38,693 bases of DNA from Bacteroidota bacterium (GTDB lineage Bacteria > Bacteroidota > Bacteroidia > Bacteroidales > UBA4417), in NCBI GenBank assembly GCA_020048595.1, contig JAIFMH010000034.1, forward strand, positions 1 to 38,693. The letters run 5' to 3'. The notes beneath the pieces are model-generated. The model searched no databases and had not been told where the DNA came from. It worked only from the letters and a program-made list of their open reading frames with translations. Each line of letters starts with the position of its first letter. The stretch's first letter is position 1. Below are positions 27,606 to 35,294 of this stretch, one piece after another. Position numbers and translations under genes: made by a program.

Positions 27606-27632
27606 GATCATCATTATCAATAATCTTTTCAT
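26157..27632 (-). CDS. GC-rich secreted beta-propeller-type putative glycoside hydrolase with a C-terminal jelly-roll domain; xenologue of 22900..24534
   Basis: 491 aa with signal peptide MKRLLIMMIIAYNLMIPSPLTAQ, shared with 14479..16290. The motif blocks listed for 22900..24534 are conserved (roughly 40% identity by eye). The body uses GC-rich codons. Confidence 0.85.
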   Translation of the reverse strand: MKRLLIMMIIAYNLMIPSPLTAQEKSTSMKPVEIGTRLELFVDDLLVERMTGVAFRLHAPVRQAPARSPLPSGAYGTIIKDGDLYRAYYRSDIPGYDKGRQERNADNEPNEITCYAESRDGIEWTFPDLGITKIQSSKGGNVILARQAPFTHNFTPFLDTRPGVAPDARYKALAGSGGTGLIAFKSADGIHWSKIQDAPVIKTPNQAPGTPWPFDSSSPAFWSEAENCYVCFVRTWGMIEPPQTDPYKKFQRRVGRTTSTDFITWTPLVDTDANLPGEQLYTNQTHPYFRAPHIYVALPSRFMMGIEMGEPVEGNYGSTDIMLMTMRAGSASYQRTFREAFIRPGLDPARWEQRANYVSLNVVPTGPEEMSIYNTISGDRYTLRTDGFISVNAGADGGELLTKPLIFTGDSLFVNFSTGAAGSLRVEIQDASGQALPGFGMDDCQAVIGDAIERRVRWKNNPNLAAIAGKPVRLRFAMRECDVYSFRFHSK

Positions 27633-27667
27633 AAAAATATTTTTTAATTGTTAAAAATCTAATTTTA
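27553..27667 (-). repeat. Leader module copy B, direct repeat of 16211..16325
   Basis: See copy A. Both copies have the same orientation and lie 11.3 kb apart. Confidence 0.9.
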
Positions 27668-27779
27668 CAATGGCATCGGAAGAAGAATTATTTGCCAATA
27701 CTTGCAGCCTTGGATTAACCTGAAATATATTTACAAAATTCCGCCGGAAACCGTCATAAAGCAGATCATTTTTATAATT

Positions 27780-27851
27780 AAAGAACTCATCCCAATGAGG
27801 CGTCTTCTAAAAAGTTATTCTGACTTTTCCAACCCCAGGGATGAGTTCTTT
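27780..27851. repeat. Perfect 14-bp inverted repeat (AAAGAACTCATCCC ... GGGATGAGTTCTTT) with a 44-nt spacer
   Basis: Checked by hand: arms are 27780..27793 and 27838..27851. It lies between the susD-like stop and leader module B. Confidence 0.6.
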
Positions 27852-27975
27852 ACAGGAAAGCATAGGAGCTAAACCGTTATGACAGATTATAAGTGATTAC
27901 CAGTACTTATTTCAGGAAACGCAAATTTCTGTTTCCATCATAATATGATCCATGAGCATTCACTTCAGATAATCG

Positions 27976-29460
27976 CTAATAACCAGGGTTCTGTGTAACT
28001 TTTGGCTCCAAGCTTAATATTTCTGTGCTAATAGGCCATAATAATATCCAATCCTGACCTGTGCGAGTCCGCAAACTGGGAACTTGCTCGTATTGCTTGC
28101 CAAATCTCAATAAATCCCACCAGAGTTTCCCCTCATAGAGGAATTCAAGGCGTCGCTCATCAAGAATGGCCGCATCATTTGCATCTTTGGTGCCACTTAC
28201 AAAAACATGTGAGGCATAATTGGCCCCAAAAGCACGTTGCCTTATCTTATTAATCTCAGCAGAAGGATCCTGACCTAAAGCATTTTTCGCTTCGGCTTTC
28301 AGCAGCACAATATCTGCATATCTGTAGATTACAACATCATCATAAAAGCGCCTCGTGCCTGAAATTACCAAACCATCAAACTTCTTTTGAACTGTAGTTG
28401 CGAATACAGTATAATTACCATTGGCATCTTTTCTAAATAATTCAGTGAAAGAAGCGGCCCGGCGCAAATCATCATTCAGGAACTTGGCGCGGGTTTCATT
28501 ATGAACTCTCCATACATTTGCTCCAGAGCAAACTCCAAGTGAAGCTATTACTGCAGGATCAATATCAGTTTGCAGCTCTACTGCTAATGCATACATATTT
28601 TGCATCCAGGTTTCACCTGACTGTAATTCCTTGTAATTAGATGCCATAATGATTTCTTTATTGCCTTTGTTATCATAATCAAACACTCTACTGAAATCTG
28701 GCAGCAGGGCAACATCACTTGCTTCTATCTCGTTACAGGCATTCAGAGCTGTTGTAAAATCGGCCTGCCCGCCACTCAACTTTTTGCCTGTCCATAAATA
28801 TACATCTGCCTTAAGCGCATTGGCGCCATTCTTTGACCACTTATTTCTTCCGGCAGGATATGTATTATTGGGAAATAGTGCAATAGCATCATCGATATCC
28901 TTCTTAATTAACGCGAAGATATCTGCCACAGGTGTTCTTTCCCTATTAATAACATTAGGATCATATGCTTCAGTTGGTTCAGTCACCTTGGGAACAGCAC
29001 CCCAGGTTCTTACCATCACATAATACATAAATGCCCGCATCGTGAGCGCCTGTGCTAATATGCTTTTTTTATCGTCTTCATTTTGGAAAGTTATACCAGG
29101 TATATATTTCAGAATCAGATTTGCATCAAGAATGGTTGTATAACAGGTACTCCAATTCGGCCCGGCATTGGCTGGGAGTGAAGTTAAATTATTTTCGCGG
29201 ATCATAAAATTCAAATCAGCATTATTACCTCGATCAAAGTCCTGGCTTCTTGCCTCCCCCCATACCATTAAATTCCACCACGTCAATTGTCTGGCTCTAT
29301 CATACATTCCATTTAATGCTCCATTAGCATCGTTTTGCGTTTTGAAGAAGGAAGTAACAGAAATCTGGCTCACTGGCTGCAGATCAAGAGTCTTGGTACA
29401 AGAAAGACATAGAAACAAGCCAATCGCTATAACTATCGATATTTTATCAATTTTTTTCAT
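27976..29460 (-). CDS. SusD/RagB-family outer-membrane glycan-binding lipoprotein
   Basis: Lipobox (LCLSC), typical SusD N-terminal helices (FFKTQNDANGALNGMY) and the C-terminal RRLEFLYEGKLWWDLLR motif. It lies immediately downstream of the susC-like gene. Confidence 0.9.
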   Translation of the reverse strand: MKKIDKISIVIAIGLFLCLSCTKTLDLQPVSQISVTSFFKTQNDANGALNGMYDRARQLTWWNLMVWGEARSQDFDRGNNADLNFMIRENNLTSLPANAGPNWSTCYTTILDANLILKYIPGITFQNEDDKKSILAQALTMRAFMYYVMVRTWGAVPKVTEPTEAYDPNVINRERTPVADIFALIKKDIDDAIALFPNNTYPAGRNKWSKNGANALKADVYLWTGKKLSGGQADFTTALNACNEIEASDVALLPDFSRVFDYDNKGNKEIIMASNYKELQSGETWMQNMYALAVELQTDIDPAVIASLGVCSGANVWRVHNETRAKFLNDDLRRAASFTELFRKDANGNYTVFATTVQKKFDGLVISGTRRFYDDVVIYRYADIVLLKAEAKNALGQDPSAEINKIRQRAFGANYASHVFVSGTKDANDAAILDERRLEFLYEGKLWWDLLRFGKQYEQVPSLRTRTGQDWILLWPISTEILSLEPKVTQNPGY

Positions 29461-29481
29461 TTTATCTAAATTAATGGTTAT

Positions 29482-32400
29482 TTAAAAGCCAATACTTACA
29501 CCGAATATGATGTTTCGTGGATTAGGAAACGCGGAGTCAGTGCTAGTCGCTTCGGGGTTCAATCCGGGGTATTTAGTGAAATAGTACAAATTATTCCCGG
29601 TCACATTTAATCTTAAATCAGCAATATTAAGTTTCTGGAGAATTTTATTTGGTAAATTATAGGATAATGTTACTTCTCTTAAACACCAGAAATCCGTTTT
29701 TGGATACTGCCCGGAAGGTTGTCTGGTAGAATGAAAATTTCTTTGAGCAATCTGATCTGCCCAATAATATCTGGGTATATCTGTAACATCCCCATCATTC
29801 ATCCAGGATCTGAGAAGGTCATTTGAGAGGTTACCTAACCCAGAAGGACAACCAAGATATCGACCATAATTTTCATAATATACTGTACCTCCTAACGTGT
29901 AATCCATACGGGAATAGAGTTGTATGCCTTTATAACTAAATGTATTTGAAAACCCGCCTGTTGTTGTGGGATACGGATTCCCAAGATATACATAATCTCT
30001 TGTGTCTGTTATACCGTTACCATCTGTATCCAGCCAGATAAAATCGCCTCCATATTTTTTCTTGTCTGGGGTCGTAATAATCATATCTGTCGGGGCATTA
30101 GCAGCTTCTGCGTTCGTAGCATAAACGCCAATAGATTGAAAACCATAGAAATCATTAATTCTGCCACCTTCCTGCAAACCGCCTTTCCACATATATGTTT
30201 CTGTTCCGGCGTCCCATACATAAAATCCTCCAACACGGTTATTGGGCTGACCATTATCAGGAAGCTTAAGTATTTTTGTTTTGACATCTGCTATATTAAG
30301 AGAGATATTCCATTGGAAATCCGATGTGGCCGGAAGAACATTTACATTCAATTCAACTTCATTACCCCGGTTTTCAAGTGACCCGTAATTTGTGAAGATG
30401 CTTGCAAACCCTGTAGACCGAGGCAGGTTAAGGGATGTTAGCAACTGATCTGTGTGCCTTATGTAAGTATCAAAAAGGATGTTCACCCTGTTATTGAATA
30501 GCCCGAAATCCATTCCAAAATCCAGCGTTTTAGATTGTTCCCATTGGAGGTTTTGATTAGGCAAAACTGTCACTGCTAATGAGGCAGCGTTGTTATATTG
30601 TGACCCTGAACCGACCGTTCCCTGGGCCGTATAGGGTCCCAGTCCGCTTATATTACCATTAACTCCGTAACTTGTTCTTAGTTTTAATTTTAGCAGATTC
30701 GCAGGAATTACGCTCCAGAAATTTTCCTTATCAATGTTCCATCCCAGAGAAATCCCGGGGAATGCCCCCCATCTACTTTTTGATCCTAAATTGGATGCAC
30801 CGTCGTATCTCAAACTTGCATTAAAAAGATATTTTTCTTTGTAATTGTATGTAACTCTTGTAAAATACCCTGCAATCGCCAGCTTACTTTCTGTACCGGT
30901 TACAGATGTAGGCCTGCCTGAAGCATTTAACGTTGGTATCAAATTGGTAGCGGCGTTATCCCCTGCGGCATAAAGATAGTAATTATTAGTCTCCCAGTAA
31001 GAGAAGCCTGCCTTGACTTCTAGGTTATGCACATTATTAATAGATTTTGCATAAGTAAATACTCCCTCGGCTTGCGGATTGAAATTCTTGGTATAACTTG
31101 CATTAGCCACACGGGAGGTAACAAGTGAAGTAGGTCCGTTCCAATAATCCATCTGAAAAAATCTGTTATACTGGTTTGTCTGATAGAAAGAAAACTGTGG
31201 ATCAAAAGTTAAGCCGGGAATTATCTTCCATGTTGCCCCTAAAACTAAAGTTAAGTCGTTTAAATTTCTATTGGGTTTCATGGTATTAAAAATGTATTCT
31301 GGAGGAGTATAATCCATACCACGGAAACCCGTAGCAAAGGTTCCATCTTCAAAGTAAAGCTTCATTGTTGGTGGGGTATCCATCATGATTTTAAAAATGT
31401 TAAAATCTCCACTAGCTGCACCCTGGCTTACGTCACGACTAGTTGAATTTGTATATGCTACTCTCCAAAAAGCTTGAATGTTATCTGTTACTTTAATGCT
31501 TGAGGACAAATTCAGGGAATACCGTTTATAGTTGGTGTAAACAGCGACCCCTTCTCCATCAAGGTAACCAATACCCAGATTGAAAGTTGCCTTTTCAGTT
31601 CCACCTGATACATTTAAATTATGATTATGGGAAATTGCAGTTCTGAAAAGAAGATGCTGCCAATCTGTATCTGAAAATAGTAATGTTTTGGAAGGATCAA
31701 CAGGATCAGGCATGCTCTGCCAACCTTGATCTAACTTATACTGGTTCTGAGGTGTAAGATACTGAACACTACTCCAGGTATTATTGGTCAGATCATTACC
31801 TGTTCCAAAAGCACTAGCGGTAACTAAATTAGATAAACGAATCGCGTTCCCTGGTAAAGAAGCAGTAGCAACAGTTCCCAACCTTTGATAATAAAGGTAA
31901 TCTCTTGCGTTCATCAGATCATAAAACCTGATATTATTGGAAAGGGATAAATCATAATTATATGTTACCCTGGTTGTTCCAGCTTTCCCTGATTTGGTAT
32001 TAATAATTACTACACCATTAGAACCCCGTGCCCCATAAATTGAAGTAGCAGCTGCATCCTTCAAAACCTGGAGTGACTCAACGTCTGCAGGATTAATACT
32101 CGTCATATCGTTCCTGATAACCCCATCTACGATATACAAAGGAGCTGCACCATCAGGATTATTAATAGAAGTGCCCCCTCTGATTATAACCTGTGGTGAG
32201 GTACCTGGCATCCCTGAAGTGCTTTGAACCCGCACTCCTGCCAAAGTACCTGTCATAGATTGACCAACATTTGCATAAGGAATACTTTCGAGAACTTTTG
32301 AGTCAAGTTTTGAAATAGAAGTGGTCATAACTTGTCTTGACTGTCTTCCATAACCAACAACCACAACGTCATCCAGACCAACTGCCATCTCATTCATAGT

Positions 32401-33021
32401 TACATCTATTTGGGTTGATGTCCCGATGGGGATTTCCTGGGATTGCATCCCGATAAATGTGAAGGTCAGACTCTGCGCTCCCTGTGGAACAGCAAGAGTG
32501 TATTTACCATTAGAATCTGTTATCGCACCTGTTGTTGTTCCGGTTACAACCACATTAGCACCAGGTATTGGACCATTCTTGTCGGTAACAGTTCCGGTAA
32601 TTGTTTTTTGCTGTTCCTGGTTAATAACCTCAGTAAAATTTTTTTGGTCGGCTTTGTTTGTCAATACAATTTGCCGGTCAACAACTGTATAAGCCACGTC
32701 GGCTCCCTCAAAAATGCTGTTAAGGACTTCAGAGATCTTCTGATCTTTAAATTCCCCCGATACTTTTCGATCGACATCTACAAGTTTACTGTTGTATAGA
32801 AAGAAGAACTCGCTTTCATCTTCGATCTGATGAAGAACTTCTTTGACTGATGCATCCTTAAGTTGCAGAGTCAATTTTGTGAACTGGGCATACGCTTCCG
32901 TTGCCATTAGTTGTGTAAGACTGACCAAAAACAGAATTACCGATAGTTTCATAGTCATCCAGATTTTTCGGAAAGCATCATTTTTTTGACACTCCCTGGT
33001 TAGATAAAGGGTTTTTTTCAT
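29482..33021 (-). CDS. SusC/RagA-family TonB-dependent transporter with an N-terminal STN (anti-sigma signalling) and carboxypeptidase-regulatory-like domains
   Basis: STN region LQLKDASVKEVLHQIEDESEFFFLYNS...VAYTVVDRQIVL, then ITGTVTDKNGPIPGANVVVTGTTTGAITDSNGKYTL, a TonB box/plug and a C-terminal barrel ending ...IIFGVSIGF. The likely true start is the internal MTMKLSVILFLVSL. Confidence 0.95.
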   Translation of the reverse strand: MKKTLYLTRECQKNDAFRKIWMTMKLSVILFLVSLTQLMATEAYAQFTKLTLQLKDASVKEVLHQIEDESEFFFLYNSKLVDVDRKVSGEFKDQKISEVLNSIFEGADVAYTVVDRQIVLTNKADQKNFTEVINQEQQKTITGTVTDKNGPIPGANVVVTGTTTGAITDSNGKYTLAVPQGAQSLTFTFIGMQSQEIPIGTSTQIDVTMNEMAVGLDDVVVVGYGRQSRQVMTTSISKLDSKVLESIPYANVGQSMTGTLAGVRVQSTSGMPGTSPQVIIRGGTSINNPDGAAPLYIVDGVIRNDMTSINPADVESLQVLKDAAATSIYGARGSNGVVIINTKSGKAGTTRVTYNYDLSLSNNIRFYDLMNARDYLYYQRLGTVATASLPGNAIRLSNLVTASAFGTGNDLTNNTWSSVQYLTPQNQYKLDQGWQSMPDPVDPSKTLLFSDTDWQHLLFRTAISHNHNLNVSGGTEKATFNLGIGYLDGEGVAVYTNYKRYSLNLSSSIKVTDNIQAFWRVAYTNSTSRDVSQGAASGDFNIFKIMMDTPPTMKLYFEDGTFATGFRGMDYTPPEYIFNTMKPNRNLNDLTLVLGATWKIIPGLTFDPQFSFYQTNQYNRFFQMDYWNGPTSLVTSRVANASYTKNFNPQAEGVFTYAKSINNVHNLEVKAGFSYWETNNYYLYAAGDNAATNLIPTLNASGRPTSVTGTESKLAIAGYFTRVTYNYKEKYLFNASLRYDGASNLGSKSRWGAFPGISLGWNIDKENFWSVIPANLLKLKLRTSYGVNGNISGLGPYTAQGTVGSGSQYNNAASLAVTVLPNQNLQWEQSKTLDFGMDFGLFNNRVNILFDTYIRHTDQLLTSLNLPRSTGFASIFTNYGSLENRGNEVELNVNVLPATSDFQWNISLNIADVKTKILKLPDNGQPNNRVGGFYVWDAGTETYMWKGGLQEGGRINDFYGFQSIGVYATNAEAANAPTDMIITTPDKKKYGGDFIWLDTDGNGITDTRDYVYLGNPYPTTTGGFSNTFSYKGIQLYSRMDYTLGGTVYYENYGRYLGCPSGLGNLSNDLLRSWMNDGDVTDIPRYYWADQIAQRNFHSTRQPSGQYPKTDFWCLREVTLSYNLPNKILQKLNIADLRLNVTGNNLYYFTKYPGLNPEATSTDSAFPNPRNIIFGVSIGF

Positions 33022-33097
33022 AACTTTGAAATGTTTTTAGTTAACTACTAATTTCTTCGGTTTAACTTTCGACCAGGAATGAGAACCGAATTTCATG

Positions 33098-33129
33098 CCG
33101 GGGATGATAAGGTTTAAAATCCTCCCCGG
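33098..33129. other. Stem-loop (ccgggga ... tccccgg) between the fecR-like and susC-like genes
   Basis: 7-bp perfect arms with an 18-nt loop. The T-run lies on the + strand side only, so it is not a canonical minus-strand terminator. It could be a processing or attenuation element. Confidence 0.3.
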
Positions 33130-33137
33130 TATTTTTT

Positions 33138-34187
33138 CTATTTATTTTTCTTCATAAGGTAAATCTTTTGTTTTGTAAAATCACCGTCAGGCAATACTTT
33201 GCTTTCGATAATCCGATAATCGATCGGTGCAGAGATTTTCAATAAGTTCAATACCTGCCTGAGGTTTTCATTTCTGAATGTTGCTTTATAAATATACTCG
33301 TTAATTTCAGGGTCTTCGATAATTATTTCGACATTGAACCAGCGGTTCAACCGTTTCACTACATCTTCCATAGAATCGTCCTGAAAAATAAGATTTCCAT
33401 CCCGCCATGCGATATATTTTTCGGGGTTAACTTCTTCCATACTGACTTTTTGAAATTCTTCTTTATAAACAGCTCTTTGTCCGGGATGCATTGTGCCATA
33501 TTCTTTTGTATTCTGTCCTTCATCTGCTGACAATTTTACCTTTCCTTCAATAAGTATCACTTCGGATTGTGTTTCGTCAGAATAACTTACTACATTAAAA
33601 GATGTGCCCAAAACATCAATATTAAGCTCCTTTGCATTTACCCTGAAAGGCTGTTTTTCATTTTTTGCCACCTCAAAAAATGCTTCCCCTTTCAATTTGA
33701 CCTCCCTTAAATTGGGCGGAAAATGTGTTGGAAATTGTAATTCTGAACCGGAATTAAGCCATACCTTTGTCCCGTCAGGCAAGGAAAACTCTGAAACCAT
33801 TCCCTGCCGGGATGAAACAGTTTGTATAACCAAATTTTCTTTCTGTTCTTTTTTCAGAGAGAGATTTTGTATTGTCTGGTAACCTGAAAAAATTAATACC
33901 GGAAGTAATAAAATCGCAGCGATACGCTGAATAATTATTCTCCATTCCGAATATTTATTCTCATGTAATCTTTTATTGACTTTTCTCAATGCTTCAAATG
34001 AGTTGAACTTTTCCATCTCATTTAATAAAGGTATTGCCTCCCATGCTTTGTAGCATTCCAGATAAACCGATTCATTTTCAGTAGATTCTTTTCTCCACTC
34101 ATCGATCATGGACCTTTCATTTTCAGACAAATCGCCTGATAAATAACCCGGAAGCAAATCCTCAACTTCACTCAAACTCAACTTCAT
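33138..34187 (-). CDS. FecR-family anti-sigma factor / transmembrane sensor
   Basis: N-terminal anti-sigma region, a single TM (IAAILLLPVLIFSGY), a periplasmic FecR domain (FSLPDGTKVWLNSGSEL...FEV...FRV) and a C-terminal DUF4974-like region. Confidence 0.9.
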   Translation of the reverse strand: MKLSLSEVEDLLPGYLSGDLSENERSMIDEWRKESTENESVYLECYKAWEAIPLLNEMEKFNSFEALRKVNKRLHENKYSEWRIIIQRIAAILLLPVLIFSGYQTIQNLSLKKEQKENLVIQTVSSRQGMVSEFSLPDGTKVWLNSGSELQFPTHFPPNLREVKLKGEAFFEVAKNEKQPFRVNAKELNIDVLGTSFNVVSYSDETQSEVILIEGKVKLSADEGQNTKEYGTMHPGQRAVYKEEFQKVSMEEVNPEKYIAWRDGNLIFQDDSMEDVVKRLNRWFNVEIIIEDPEINEYIYKATFRNENLRQVLNLLKISAPIDYRIIESKVLPDGDFTKQKIYLMKKNK

Positions 34188-34237
34188 TTTTCTATTTTAT
34201 TATTAAACATTAATGCCCTTCTTGGACTTATTAATAC

Positions 34238-34326
34238 TAAGACGACAATATCAAGCTACACACATATACAAAAAAGTATTTTTTTTGCATTTATTTTTAG
34301 AAAGGAATTCAGATACTTTATTTACC
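34238..34326 (-). promoter_or_regulatory. Conserved ~90-nt element copy R1 in the sigma/anti-sigma intergenic region (candidate ECF-type promoter; core ATATGTGTG-N12-GTCGTCTTA in gene orientation)
   Basis: Hand alignment with 35295..35384 gives about 70% identity overall, with two fully conserved blocks. The GTCGTC block resembles the CGTC -10 element common in ECF-dependent promoters. Confidence 0.4.
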
Positions 34327-34888
34327 GGATCAAAAAAGTGATGAACCAGAACGGAAGAAAATCAGCAAGTTCCTTTCTGAGGATTTTCAGTGCGTTACTG
34401 ATCTGCAGTTCAACAGTGCGTTTGGATATTTCTAATTTTTCGGATATATCTTTATTTGATAAGCTTTCTATCCGACTTAGCTCAAATATCTCACGGCATC
34501 TTGGTGAAAGTTTTTCAAGACTTTTCTGAATGGTTTGGCGAAGTTCAGATTCTGAGAAATAATTATCTGCTGAGTTGTTGGAGGACTCTGACGAGAAGAG
34601 GAAATATGTCTGATATTTCTCAGTAACCTTCTTGTGTTTCCGGTAGTCGAAACAGCGGTTTTTAACACTTGCAAAGAGGTACGCTTTAAGGGATGACTGG
34701 ATTTGTAGTTTTGGCGCCTCTACCCAGAGAGTAACAAACAGCTCCTGAACAAGATCTTCAACTGTTTCACGATCGTTAACATACTGCATAGAAAAGGCAC
34801 AAAGAGATGAGTAGTAATAGTTGAAAATATAATCAAATGCTACTTTGTCTCTTCTTCCAAGCGCTTCAATCAGTAACAGATCTTTCAA
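34322..34888 (-). CDS. ECF (sigma-70 family, group 4) RNA polymerase sigma factor
   Basis: AFDYIFNYYYSSLCAFSMQYVNDRETVEDLVQELFVTLW (region 2) and REIFELSRIESLSNKDISEKLEISKRTVELQISNALKILR (region 4 HTH). It apparently uses a TTG start, because a TGA lies in frame 3 codons upstream. Confidence 0.9.
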   Translation of the reverse strand: MKDLLLIEALGRRDKVAFDYIFNYYYSSLCAFSMQYVNDRETVEDLVQELFVTLWVEAPKLQIQSSLKAYLFASVKNRCFDYRKHKKVTEKYQTYFLFSSESSNNSADNYFSESELRQTIQKSLEKLSPRCREIFELSRIESLSNKDISEKLEISKRTVELQISNALKILRKELADFLPFWFITFLIR

Positions 34889-35030
34889 GTAAGGTCATTT
34901 AGGCTTGCTAAATATAATAAAATTTCTAATAGATTGTATTTTGGCAGATTTTTTTTCGAACAGACAATTATATATCATACTCCAATTTATGCATGCCTGC
35001 ATAATCAGTCAGTATTATCAAATCTCTGAT

Positions 35031-35065
35031 TTAAAAAAGAGAGGCTGCCCTTTTGAGACAGCCTC
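35031..35065 (-). terminator. Rho-independent terminator (minus-strand orientation) with no CDS upstream of it
   Basis: The minus strand reads GAGGCTG tctcaaaaggg CAGCCTC followed by TCTTTTTTAA. There is no ORF of 60 aa or more between it and the araC-like gene at 35760. Confidence 0.6.
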
Positions 35066-35294
35066 AACCCTAACCACACCAACTAACTAACCAATTCCAA
35101 CCTACCTGCTCTTCATTTCAAAAGACTAAAATGAAACCATTGTGACTTCTATTTGTAATAAATTCCCTGATATGAACAAGGAAAAATTTTCCGATTTATA
35201 GTAACTGATAGTACCGATCAAACAATTTGTAAATCCTCTTTTATTTAATTTCACTTAGTTATAAATCTCTATATGCGTTTCCCACATTTGATAA

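Noticed and set aside
9122-27632. GC-rich blocks as a metagenomic or chimeric assembly artefact.
   Set aside because: I cannot exclude this without reads. Three separate blocks each join in frame to signal peptides. One overlaps its neighbour by ATGA, and two share the same junction sequence. These features are hard to produce by mis-assembly, so I keep it as the main refutation test rather than the preferred explanation.
33098-33129. Stem-loop between fecR and susC as a transcription terminator separating regulator and transporter.
   Set aside because: The U-tract is on the wrong side for minus-strand transcription. It is retained only as a low-confidence structural feature.
35066-35110. 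C/A-rich tract (caaccctaaccacaccaactaactaaccaattccaacctacc) with CTAACC/CCCTAA-like units resembling telomeric or microsatellite repeats.
   Set aside because: The units are irregular and there are only a few of them. It is probably low-complexity sequence next to the terminator, so it is mentioned only as part of the putative CDS-less transcript.
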